A stretch of 62,517 nucleotides of DNA, filler included, from Collodictyon triciliatum (Eukaryota), in assembly GCA_043381765.1 (NCBI GenBank). It is 40 parts of 40 records of this genome, joined end to end, with 100 filler letters (N's around TTAATTAATTAA, not from the genome) between each part and the next. Parts side by side here need not be neighbours in the genome. Positions count along the whole stretch, not along the records: positions 39,205 to 40,666 come from JBHJMP010011013.1; positions 40,767 to 42,228 come from JBHJMP010011014.1; positions 42,329 to 43,790 come from JBHJMP010011015.1; positions 43,891 to 45,351 come from JBHJMP010011016.1; positions 45,452 to 46,912 come from JBHJMP010011017.1; positions 47,013 to 48,473 come from JBHJMP010011018.1; positions 48,574 to 50,033 come from JBHJMP010011019.1; positions 50,134 to 51,593 come from JBHJMP010011020.1; 32 more parts are not named here. One strand, 5' to 3'. Position numbers and translations under genes: made by a program. A model generated the notes under the pieces. That model saw only the letters and a list, made by a program, of their open reading frames with translations. It did no database searches and was not told where the DNA came from. Of this stretch, positions 39,205 to 51,794 are shown piece by piece. Position 1 is the stretch's first letter. Each line of letters opens with the position of its first letter.

Positions 39205-40371
39205 GGAGCAGACTTCGTCGACGTTCAGCATAGTGGAGAGCCTTTGCGGGTCTTGTGTGAAGCAGACGTCGTCGACGTTCGGCATAGTGCACAGCCTTTG
39301 CGGGTCTTGCGTGAAGCAGACTTCGTCGACGTTCGGCATAGTGCACAGCCTTCGCGGGTCTTGTGTGAGGCAGACTTCGTCGACGTCCGGCATAGTGGAG
39401 AGCCTTTGCGGGTCTTGCGTGAAGCAGACTTCGTCGTGTTCGGGCATAATGGAGAGCCTTTGCGGGTCTAGTGTGAGGCAGACTGCGTCGTCGACGTTCG
39501 GCATAGTGGGAGCCTTTGTGGGTCTTGTGTGAAGCAGACTTCGTCGTGTTCGGGCATAATGGAGAGCCTTTGCGGGTCTTGTGTGGAGCAGACTTCGTCG
39601 TGTTCGGGCATAATGGAGAGCCTTTGCGGGTCTTGCGTGAAGCAGACTTCGTCGACGTTCGGCATAATGGAGAGCCTTTGCGGGTCTTGTGTGAAGCAGA
39701 CTTGGTCGTATTCCGGCATAGTGGAGATCCTTTGTGGGTCTTGTGTGAGGCAGACTTCGTCATATTCCGGCATAGTGGAGAGCCTTTGCGGGTCTTGTGT
39801 GAAGCAGACTTCGTCACATTCTGGCATAGTGGAGCCTTTGCGGGTCTTGCGTGAAGCAGACTGCGTCGTATTCCAGCATAGTGCAGATCCTTTGCGGGTC
39901 TTGTGTGAGGCAGACTGCGTCGTATTCCGGCATAGTGGAGAGCCTTTGCGGGTCTTGTGTGGAGCAGACTTCGTCGTGTTCGGGCATAGTGGAGAACCTT
40001 TGCGGGTCTTGTGTGAGGCAGATTTCGTCGCAGTCCGGCATAGTGGAGAGCCTTCGAGGATTGTGTGGAGCAGACTGTGCCGACGTTCGGCATAGTGGAG
40101 AGCCTTTGCGGGTCTTGCGTGTGAAGCAGACTTCGTCGACGTTCGGCATAGTGGAGAGCCTTTGCGGGTCTTGTGTGGAGCAGACTGTGCCGACGTTCGG
40201 CATAGTGGAGAGCCTTTGCGGGTCTTGCGTGTGTGGCAGACTTCGTCAGCGTCCGGCATAGCGGAGAGCCTTTGCGGGTCTTGTGTGGAGCAGACTGTGC
40301 CGATGTTCGGCATAGAGGGGAGCCTTCGTGGGTCTTGTGTGAGGCAGACTTCGTCGACGTTCGGCATAGTG
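39205..40371 (-). repeat. Same 54-bp tandem array, about 21 units (copy 2, inverted), sharing a ~95-bp unique leader with copy 1
   Basis: Reverse complement matches the copy-1 unit. 40387-40479 is the near-identical reverse complement of 1-93 (peptide SSRPATVVCNTQPLAQATQRGLTSTPA in both ORFs). Confidence 0.97.
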
Positions 40372-40804
40372 TGAGCGCGCTCGTGCGTGCAGGTGTGCTC
40401 GTGAGTCCACGTTGCGTTGCTTGTGCGAGTGGTTGCGTGTTACAGACGACAGTTGCAGGTCGACTCGACTCGAGACTCGATACTGCTTGGCGACCGACCG
40501 GCTGTGGCAAAAAAATTGTGTCGTGCATGCGAGGCGAGCGGTTGCCGAAGCCGCCCGCCTTTAATAAGGACGGAAAGAAAGGGTACGAAACTTGAATAAA
40601 CGGATAACCCTGATCTCCCAGGCTTAGCGTTACCGAAGTTTGCATACAACCTTATCCCGGCACTTANNNNNNNNNNNNNNNNNNNNNNNNNNNNNNNNNN
40701 NNNNNNNNNNTTAATTAATTAANNNNNNNNNNNNNNNNNNNNNNNNNNNNNNNNNNNNNNNNNNNNAAAAAGAGTCGCCTGAAAAAAAAAAAAAAAAAAA
40801 AGGG

Positions 40805-41165
40805 AAACCGAACTAGCAAATATGCAGGTTTACGACAGGCAAAGAAAGCAAAAGGAGACACTGCAGCAAATAGATGAATGGCTTGATGACCAAGCAATCC
40901 GCACAATCAATCAAAGAGAACAGGAAATACTGATGAAAGGGCTGAAAGACATCAAGTTCAAGCCATCAACTCGCAATGAATCGAAGAGAATAAGAAAGGC
41001 CTGATGAAAGGGTTAGTAAGCTTCATGTTCTAGCCATCAAGTCACAAAGAGCAACATAATTATGAATATAGTGCTCAGTATTAATTGTATGGTTCGTTTA
41101 TCCGTTTATATGTTTTCTTTTTTGTTTTCACCCATTCCGAGGCGAAGCACGGGTACCGAAGCTAG
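40805..41165 (+). mobile_element. Helitron relic: N-terminal charged repeats joined to a canonical 3' end
   Basis: Imperfect hairpin CCGAGGCGAAGCACGGG (41137-41153), 8 nt, then CTAG|T (41162-41166). Upstream decayed repeats KETLQQIDEWLDDQAIR and TDERAERHQVQAI resemble RepHel N-terminal repeats. Confidence 0.65.
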
Positions 41166-41789
41166 TATCAATATCAATATCAATATCATTTTTATTTTTA
41201 TTTTCTTCACTACCCGAGCCATACAGGGCTGAGGGTGAATACCAGACCTTAATTTGTTAAGAAATCATCACATCCACTTAATCATACACCCACAGAGCAC
41301 TTTGTCTCCTTTCAGCCATACTATACCCCAGAGAGCACAGACCGGAACATATATTTGTATTGGTATCGATAACAGGGCAGGAGGAGGAAGAATAGAATAG
41401 AAGACCTCACCACTTTTGCGACTTTAGGCCTAGCAAAGAATCATTGATTGGGACGGATAGCTGCGCACTGCTGCAGACGTCCTGAAGGAGATAAGTAGGA
41501 GCGCCGTGGGCACAAGCGTGCCTGTCCGTGGGGGCTAATGCGACGGCAAAGAGCGCCCACAAGATGCCGACGAGGCCGATGCAAAGGTTGGGCAGGAAAG
41601 GGAGGCGTAAAGCCAGGAGCGCCGTCAGAGATATGGCGACGAGCGAGTAGCCGAGAAGATACCAGACAGTAACCAGACAGTGACGGCCCAGACCGCGATG
41701 CCTTGCAGCCTGTCAGCAATGTGGAAGAGGGCGCCGACTGGGATGAGGGCAGCCGCACGTCGCTGGTGAAGGCCGCAGGTACATAGGCA

Positions 41790-42228
41790 CGCGCAAGATG
41801 GATTAGGGTCGCAACGAAGGGCAGCAGCACAAGTCCGACAAGGACAGCCACGCAGATGGCCAGCGCCACGTAGAGCAGGATTCAGACGGTCAGGAGGATG
41901 ACGTGGGCATCCAGTGCAACAATGCCACCCGCTGCCTCGGCCAGAACCGCGACTCCTTGGAAGCTCGAGACCTCCAGCGCAGCCATGACTCAGCTGCTGC
42001 CTCGCATCATACGTCCATCTGTCACAACCACCAGGCAAAGCCCGCTATGAGCATCGTGCGCATCAGAGACGTCGCCATGGCTGCGCCTGTGAGCCCGAGT
42101 TCCGCAGTGCAGATGAGCGCATAGTTTGCTAGGATGTTGAAGAGGTTGGCAGCAAGGCCCAGGCCAGACACGGAACCATACGGCCTTGCGCCTGCTGGTG
42201 CTTCTGCAGGACCGTGGACACAACGAGA
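41790..42228 (-). pseudogene. MATE family efflux transporter pseudogene, GC-rich, no introns seen
   Basis: LQKHQQAQGRMVP / AANLFNILANYALI..LGLTGAAMATSL / ALEVSSFQ..ALDAHVILL, with a frameshift, stops and apparent deletions. Confidence 0.75.
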
Positions 42229-43890
42229 NNNNNNNNNNNNNNNNNNNNNNNNNNNNNNNNNNNNNNNNNNNNTTAATTAATTAANNNNNNNNNNNNNNNN
42301 NNNNNNNNNNNNNNNNNNNNNNNNNNNNCATACATACATACATACATACATACATACATACATACATACATACATACATACATACATACATACATACATA
42401 CATACATACATACATACATACATACATACATACATACATACATACCCATTTACATAATAGCAAGAAGAATGACAATCAGATATTTAACCAACCATCAACA
42501 GGGATCGGGACCGACGCAGCGTCGCTGTTGAAGTTTGGGAGAAATGTGGAGGGTTGTGTGCCGCTTGAGGAGGAAAACGTTGGTGTGGGTGAGTCAGGGA
42601 TGCGATTCGGGAGGTTTTGAAGATAGGCTCCTTCGTTGGCTGCGAGGACGGCGGGGCTGCGCTGTGTAGGTGTGTATCTGCTGCTGGGAGCCTGGCTGCT
42701 GCCCGAGTCCTTGCGGCCTGTTTGCCCAATGACCCCCACAGTGTTCATAGCTGAGCCTCCGCAAGCGGGATTTCAACCGGCCCGTTCGACAAAGCGTTTT
42801 GTGGCTAGAGAGAATACAGGGATGTGGTGAGAAAATACTGTGCANNNNNNNNNNNNNNNNNNNNNNNNNNNNNNNNNNNNNNNNNNNNNNNNNNNNNNNN
42901 NNNNNNNNNNNNNNNNNNNNNNNNNNNNNNNNNNNNNNNNNNNNNNNNNNNNNNNNNNNNNNNNNNNNNNNNNNNNNNNNNNNNNNNNNNNNNNNNNNNN
43001 NNNNNNNNNNNNNNNNNNNNNNNNNNNNNNNNNNNNNNNNNNNNNNNNNNNNNNNNNNNNNNNNNNNNNNNNNNNNNNNNNNNNNNNNNNNNNNNNNNNN
43101 NNNNNNNNNNNNNNNNNNNNNNNNNNNNNNNNNNNNNNNNNNNNNNNNNNNNNNNNNNNNNNNNNNNNNNNNNNNNNNNNNNNNNNNNNNNNNNNNNNNN
43201 NNNNNNNNNNNNNNNNNNNNNNNNNNNNNNNNNNNNNNNNNNNNNNNNNNNNNNNNNNTTTCCGGCCGACTCCTGCCACAAAGGTGGCGTTGATCGATAC
43301 TGCGCGCACGACAGATTGGATTCTTTTGGTTCGTGGCCTTTCAGAAGCCAAAAAAAATGTGCAACTTTGTCGTCCAATGTTCAAATTGGTACCCGATTAT
43401 CAATCACATGATGTTATCATTTTCTTAATTAAGATGTATTATCTATACATGGAATTTATATACTAATGTTACCGAATACCATGATATAGTCTTCCAAGCG
43501 AAAATTAATAGATTATAATATGTGAATGCATTGAATGATATATTATATATTTTGATGAAGTCATGGGAAGTCTTTTGTTCATCGATGTGAAGCAATAGCG
43601 CAAATGATGACATTACGCACATTCCAGAAAAGGGTTCTTCTTTCGCCTTGGATCGCAAACTCTTACAAAACCAGAAAGAATAAAAACAAAAAAAACAAAA
43701 AAACAAAAAAACAAAAAAACAAAAAAACAAAAAAAACAAAAAAACATGAAAACAAAAAAACAAAACCAGAAAGAAAGAATAAAAACAAAANNNNNNNNNN
43801 NNNNNNNNNNNNNNNNNNNNNNNNNNNNNNNNNNTTAATTAATTAANNNNNNNNNNNNNNNNNNNNNNNNNNNNNNNNNNNNNNNNNNNN

Positions 43891-44212
43891 ATTAAAAAAA
43901 CATATTAAAAAAACATATTAAAAAAACATATTAAAAAAACATATTAAAAAAACATATTAAAAAAACATATTAAAAAAACATATTAAAAAAACATATTAAA
44001 AAAACATATAAAAAAAACATATTAAAAAAACATATTAAAAAAACATATTAAAAAAACATATTAAAAAAACATATTAAAAAAACATATTAAAAAAACATAT
44101 TAAAAAAACATATTAAAAAACATATTAAAAAAACATATTAAAAAACATATTAAAAAAACATATTAAAAAACATATTAAAAAAACATATTAAAAAACATGT
44201 TAAAAAACATAT
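43891..44212 (+). repeat. 13-bp minisatellite (ATTAAAAAAACAT)n
   Basis: About 25 near-identical units at the contig start. Confidence 0.95.
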
Positions 44213-44482
44213 AAAATAAAACCATCCATCATTCTTTAGAGCACTAAGGGTTCCCCCTACAAATGTCCTCTGTTCCATCTACTCCGGTCCGAACTGTAAA
44301 AGCAACCAGCCAAAGCTCTCCTGATCACTTCTCTCCAGGTTTACCACAGGGAATAAAAAAAAAACTCTTCACATTTATATACTTCCTTTCTTTCCTTCTT
44401 TCCCCCTACAATTATGAATTAATACGAACTTGACGATATAACTGATGTATGAAATATATCACGCTGTTACCAAACCTCACAG

Positions 44483-45122
44483 GTGGCGGGGAAGTGGTCG
44501 ACATCACTCCCCAAGGGTTAGTGGCAAAGGTGGTCATGTTGGGGGATTCCGGTATTTATTTATTATTGCTATAAAATTCCCTGCCGAAATCGACCATAAT
44601 CATGGTTATGATATCCTCAAACATAATTGCGCAAAGAAAATAATTCACTGTTCACCATTCTCAAATGCCCTTCTATTTATGCCCAATTTACTGAGTACTA
44701 CTGACACACTTTTCTGACTTAAATCTTTAAGGTGTTGGAAAGACAAGTATTGTAATGAGATACGTTGATGCTAGTTTCTCTGACTCTGTAAAAACCACCA
44801 TAGGTGCATCCTTCTTTACGAAGAAATTGTAAGGCAACACATTTTTTTTAAACTTAAATACAATGATCAAATTTATATCAACGACTTAATACCTAATTTA
44901 TGATGTGCCTTTAGTAACATCGACGGAGTTAAGATTAAACTTCAGCTATGGGATACTGCCGGACAAGAAAGGTTTGCTAGAGTACATTTTTATAATCTTA
45001 TCAGCTCAGTTTGCTGGTTATAATGATATATGTTCCAATTTTTACAACAATGTGTGCAATATATATTAAAAGCAAATTTTTCTCCTCACGGGAAATCATG
45101 GATTTTTAGATTTCGCTCCTTG
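44483..45122 (+). CDS. Rab GTPase (Rab5/21/22 group), multi-exon 5' part
   Basis: KVVMLGDS|GVGKTSIVMRYV..TTIGASFFTKK|..LQLWDTAGQER|FRSL, with GT..AG introns. Confidence 0.93.
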
Positions 45123-45230
45123 GTAAGTCTGACTGAACTAATTTAAATATTCCGTATCAAAGTTTAAAATATATGGCCCATTATGTGAATCTAAGGAAAA
45201 ACTACATAAGCATTTTTTTGTATATATTTA

Positions 45231-45351
<121 letters not shown>

Positions 45352-45451
45352 NNNNNNNNNNNNNNNNNNNNNNNNNNNNNNNNNNNNNNNNNNNNTTAAT
45401 TAATTAANNNNNNNNNNNNNNNNNNNNNNNNNNNNNNNNNNNNNNNNNNNN

Positions 45452-45876
<425 letters not shown>

Positions 45877-47014
45877 ACACAAAACCAAAGACTCGTCGTT
45901 CTGAGAAAGATGGGACTGATTTATATTTTTTTTAATCATACGGTATCCAATTTATATGCAATATTGCTTTTTTACGTGTTTTGTTGACAATTATAGCAAA
46001 AAATAATCATTCTTATATATTCCACACTTGTAGTTCTGTTAGTCTTTCACAGAAGGAAATCCAAAAAAGGGCAATTGGCAATCACAAACAATCAAAGCTT
46101 GCCGCTTTCCCACCCGCCGATTTTGTGATGAGGTGTATGTAAGCGTCCTCATTTATATCTGGTATTACTTTGCACACCCCAAGTAATGTTTAATTACACC
46201 AAATACAATAGTAAAATACATTATAATTAAGTCAACAAACAAAAATCACTTTTCTCTGCGCCGACTATCCGAAACGAGTCCCATCGCACGGAATGCATCC
46301 CATAAGTAAAAAAAAAAAAAAATAATGATAAGTTTGCCTATTGGAAACAATAATCAGGATTAAATGTTGATGTGTATATTCCTTTCCTTTAAAGTATGGA
46401 TTATATGAGATTTCCGTTCTGCAGTTGATGGTCATTCAGTTTGCAAACATTCTTGTCATGGTCTAAAATTAGAGAATCTGGATTACAAAGTGTGATGGAT
46501 GTTTCCTCTCATTCCACACAAAAGTGATGAGCTCTACCATCATGATGGAGCTTCAATTTTCACGAATTCTTTTATTTTTCTAAAATCACAATCATGGGTG
46601 GAATATATGATAATTGGGTATTCGTAATGGTGTACATCATTTGTGCAACATGTTCATGTTGGTTATAAAAAATATATGGTCTCCCGTGAAGCAACACAGG
46701 GCTGGCATTACGGCATTTCCTTCTATGATGAAGATGATTGAATCAACTTGAATAAAATTGCGGGATACGACGTCGCAGCGAACAAACGAAATGTCCAACA
46801 TTTAGAGTGCAAGTAAATGGGCATTATGATTCGGGGTTGGGTTGCTGTATTGGGGTTGCTATCGAAGAAAAAATTGGGGCTCTTGATGTTTTCATATCCA
46901 ATTAAAAAATTANNNNNNNNNNNNNNNNNNNNNNNNNNNNNNNNNNNNNNNNNNNNTTAATTAATTAANNNNNNNNNNNNNNNNNNNNNNNNNNNNNNNN
47001 NNNNNNNNNNNNTT

Positions 47015-47106
<92 letters not shown>

Positions 47107-47172
47107 TTCCCAGATACCAACACCTTTCTTTGCATTCTCTTAAAATATTATGCTTTATTTATTTTTTTAAGG

Positions 47173-48293
47173 ATGATTCAAGAATACGAAGAAGAGAAAA
47201 TTCGATGGCAACGAAGGAGACAGGAAAGCAGCACCACAAGATGCGTGATTTGTAAACGTGATGTCGAACTCAAAGAGGCAATTTACATACAGGCGAGAAC
47301 ATATAAGCTGAAAAGGATTTTATTTAATTATGTTCTCTCTTTTAATTTTCTTTTCCTCTCTATTTTCTCTCTTTTTTCCTCGCTTTTTATTTCAAAGTAT
47401 TTTAAATCGTGTCAATATTGTTGGAATAGTGTTCTATTTCACTTAAACTATCCGCTCTAATGATTGTTCTGGTTTGTATTCCGTGGTGATGTACTTAACA
47501 GGCATGTTTGCATCTGATTTGTCGCGAATGTCTCTGTCATCATGTAGAAATGTCGGTTGAGAGGAATCCAGAATGTGACATCACGTGCCCTGTTGAAAAA
47601 TGTGATGAAAAACTGGAGAAATCAGAGTGTCTGGTATTTTTTTTTTAAAAAAAAAAAATAATTGAGATTGAAATTGAAAAATTGAGAATACATTATATGG
47701 TCTCCTAACACTCCTTTATTTGTTGACCAGTTTATTTTCTAGTTTTTGAAGTATAGGATCTAATCATTTATATTTTAATTGGTGCATCTCTAGGAGGTCG
47801 TGTCTGCACAAATGTATGAAGAATATTTATCTTCAAGATCGATGGTAGCTATCATGCAGAAGGATATTATTCAATGTCCTCGCAAAGAGTGCGGTGCTTC
47901 CTTTGAGCGTGTTGCGAATACAAATATACTTCCTTTCAAAAGCATAGAAAGGGTACTTAACCCTAAATAATCCCCTAGATTTATATCTTATATGTTCATC
48001 ATATTTCTTAGTGAGATTGTTTAAATGCTTTTTTTGTTTCCGGTTCGATAATATATGTTTTAAGGATGAGAAAGGCTCCTTGTTGACTGAAGTTGCCTAC
48101 ATCCACCGTGAAACATGTCGATTTCGGTGTATGTTTTGTTTCTCGAACTCAAGTTAGGATTAAGGAATCACAACCTGAATATTAGAAGATAGCCGATAAA
48201 ATTCCAATCGTGTGAATAGGTCCAGAATGTCAAATGGATTTTTGCAGCATCTGTTCTGCTTATCCTTACCACCTGGGATTCACTTGTGACGAG
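47173..48293 (+). CDS. RBR (RING-IBR) E3 ubiquitin ligase fragment, multi-exon
   Basis: CVIC..CLHLICRECL..CPVEKC; IIQCPRKECG; RFRCPECQMDFCSICSAYPYHLGFTC. Confidence 0.88.
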
Positions 48294-48376
48294 GTTTGAT
48301 ATGCGCATGTACTTCTCATGAAGCACCAGTCGAACAGCTTTTTTTTAAAAAAAAAAAAAAATATGTGAAAATTTCG

Positions 48377-48458
<82 letters not shown>

Positions 48459-50639
48459 CTTTTAATTTTTTCTNNNNNNNNNNNNNNNNNNNNNNNNNNN
48501 NNNNNNNNNNNNNNNNNTTAATTAATTAANNNNNNNNNNNNNNNNNNNNNNNNNNNNNNNNNNNNNNNNNNNNAAAAAAATTTTTTTCCCTGGGCCCCCC
48601 CCCCCCCCAAAAAAAAAAAAAAAAAAGTAATCAGAAAGTAAAAAGTCAGACATACAATCTCCAAGCCCCTCGATATTCTGCCGCTCATGTAAACTAGATC
48701 GACTAACAGCGAGCCCGGCATTCAAAAAAATAAAAATAAAAATGAAATAAAGATAAACTCAATGCAAAGTTCTGTCACATGTGATAAATCATTCATATAT
48801 ATATATATTTTAATCGATAAGTGTTTTTCTCAACCACCCAAACATCGCCATGCAGATGAGGCGGTAGATTAGGGTGTTTGACGACGGGGTGAACTCCTGT
48901 GACTGCTTCTGGACGTAAAAATACTTGCCTTTCACCAAACCTCCATTTCATATTATCGTGCTCACTGGTATCTTTCTCACAACACATACACCTGGGGTCA
49001 GCGGCGCAATCATGAAATATATAACCAAGGAATGACACCATTCGATGTTGTGTACCCGTTCGTTTTGATATCTGCACTGCTTTGCCCATTCAACCCGATT
49101 TATGGGCCTGGTTGTGGCGGGCCAAGGAGTGGGCGTTGCGTTTGCAGCTCGACCCCCTCCAAGATAAGCACATGGCCATCCTCCACCCTTGGCCATTTTC
49201 CAGAATCGGAATCTGTCAAACCTTGCGCCATTTCTAGATTTTCACCTACACCATTCGGTGCTGTTTAACTGCTGCGCAGCCTGGACACTCTCGAAGGCCG
49301 TGGTTTTTGAATTGGCGATGTTTGTTCGAACTCACCCTTTCACTTGCCCTTTTTCTTTCTCTTTCTCTTTCTCTTTCTGTTTCTGTTTCTGTTTCTGTTT
49401 CTGTTTCTGTTTCTCTTTCTGTTTCTCTTTCTGTTTCTCTTTCTCTTTCTCTTTCTGTTTCTCTTTCTCTTTCTCTTTTCTCTCTTTTCTAAACGGTCCA
49501 AAGGAGGTTGTCTGTTCGAACCGATTGCACGCCATTCTCGATCACCTGAAAATAAAAAGAAAAAATTTTTTTTTTCAATCTAATTATCGTGGTTGTAATC
49601 GTAAGGAGCACATGCTATCCTCACAGGCTGCGTGCGCATCTTATCCTTATCTCTTCCTAAAGACATTTGTACAAGGGGCCTTTGCGGTTTCCTCTATTTT
49701 TCTTTTGCTTTGCTTATGGGTCTAGCTTCTCGACTTGTGTACACCTTATTCTTTCTCAAAGTCTTTGTGTTTGATTTTAGGTTTGTCTTTTCGTAGTCGT
49801 TTCCTTTTCCTTGGGCCTTCTCTTTTTAGCTTTTAAAGCTGCAGCTTCGTTCTTTTATTAACCAGAATGTACCCCAAGACAGATAAACGCTACATGGAAG
49901 ACATTCAACCTTTATCCGAGGTTCAAAAAAGTAAGATCCAGATTGCATCTTCCTCGTCTCTTTGCAGTCATATGCGCCGATACATTCATTTACTTTTTTT
50001 TTATTCCCTCAATCTATCCATTAAATTGGCCTTNNNNNNNNNNNNNNNNNNNNNNNNNNNNNNNNNNNNNNNNNNNNTTAATTAATTAANNNNNNNNNNN
50101 NNNNNNNNNNNNNNNNNNNNNNNNNNNNNNNNNGTCCAATGTTCCGTTGCTAACACAGCAGGAGACTGTTAGGTTACTGCCTATTGTACGTGGCTTAACT
50201 ATGATGTACACAAATATCACCTGTCATAGTAAATTTGGCACTATAAAAAAAAAGACATGCACATCGGTTTCTACATTCATAGAAATTCACGAAGTCTTAG
50301 CTTTCATGTATCGCCCCATCTGGATGCCCATAAGTTAGTCCCAAAAATTTAAGACGATGTTGCACATATCGCGTTGTTCGGTAGGATGTTCGTTAGGATT
50401 GTCCTTGCAGAAAATTTATCTAAATACCGAAACCCAGCCTAATATTTCAGGCGATATTGGCTTCAAAATGCTTCATTTGCCTCTTTCTTGTCCTTTTTTT
50501 TTCGAGAATGGAGGGGTCTTAATTTCACCAAAATGTGAAGAATTAGGTTACACTCGAAAAAAAAGTGCAGTAAAATGATTTGAATTCCGTTTCATATGGT
50601 ATAGTTCATGAAGTGCAATGATTATCATGTTTTAAGAAC

Positions 50640-50900
50640 CTCTTTATTGAAAGTGTCCGACATATGTGTTGCGATGTTCTGCTCGCCCTCTGAGTACACA
50701 GAAATATATGGCAAGGATTTAATTCTGGAGCCATATATACAAATATAGTGCTAGTGGAGCAAGAGTTGTAAAAATGTAACGATTGCTGTATGGTGGAGGT
50801 AGTGTGGTTTTTAACGTATGAGCGGGTCAAACCTTTCCGTTGGCGTCTGGTGTCCTCAGATTCTTTCGTTCCTTGTTTATCTCATTAGGGTACGGGTGCG
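50640..50900 (-). mobile_element. Possible highly decayed Tc1/pogo-type DDE transposase relic
   Basis: KNHTTSTIQQSL..YMAPELNPC resembles the DN..H...[ST]PELNP/LQPLD block. No continuous ORF. Confidence 0.25.
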
Positions 50901-51693
50901 CAAACGAAAACACGTATTAGACGTGTAATTTCCTCGATGTGTTTAGTCAACCGAAAGATGAATGAAAAAAAATTACAAGTGGTAGAAGAAATAGACGTCC
51001 AAGTTGCTTGGGCAAAGTTGATATCACGTGAGGAGGAGTGGTTGTACTGGCATGGGTGACTAATGTTTCCTGCTTCCTCTTGTCTCTAGGCTTTAGAATC
51101 ATCAACGTCCACACTTTGGGAACATACCGGGCAGTGAAGCAAGAATATAATTACAGGCCTTGTGCAACATGGTACCCGAACACGCAGCTGATACTGTTGG
51201 CAGCGAGAACCTGCGGCATTATTTAGACATTAAAGAAGGGATATCGGAATATAAACCCGATGATACAATCGGGAAATTACTGGATTTTTCGAATGATTCC
51301 AAAGAATAAATCGTCTTGCGTGGAAGCGCAGCAAGTTAATGTTCGATTTTCTCGAGTTCTGTTAGTAGTTTGCGCCAGTATATGTGAACAAAAAAACCAA
51401 CAAACAGACCACAGTTATCCTGAAATTAAGTAGAAATTGTACGATTACAGAATTTTCAATTGAATATATGACTTAATCATCTCTGTTTGTATAATTTTGT
51501 TCTTTTGGTGCCGGAAACGGATGTGCAGGATTTTATACAATTTCGTACAGATTCTAGATATAGACCACAGATTTAATTTGGTATGATTAGTATNNNNNNN
51601 NNNNNNNNNNNNNNNNNNNNNNNNNNNNNNNNNNNNNTTAATTAATTAANNNNNNNNNNNNNNNNNNNNNNNNNNNNNNNNNNNNNNNNNNNN

Positions 51694-51794
<101 letters not shown>

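Noticed and set aside
40930-41012. CTGATGA hammerhead or C/D-box-like motifs
   Set aside because: Explained by a decayed coding repeat (TDER/DER), with no supporting stems.
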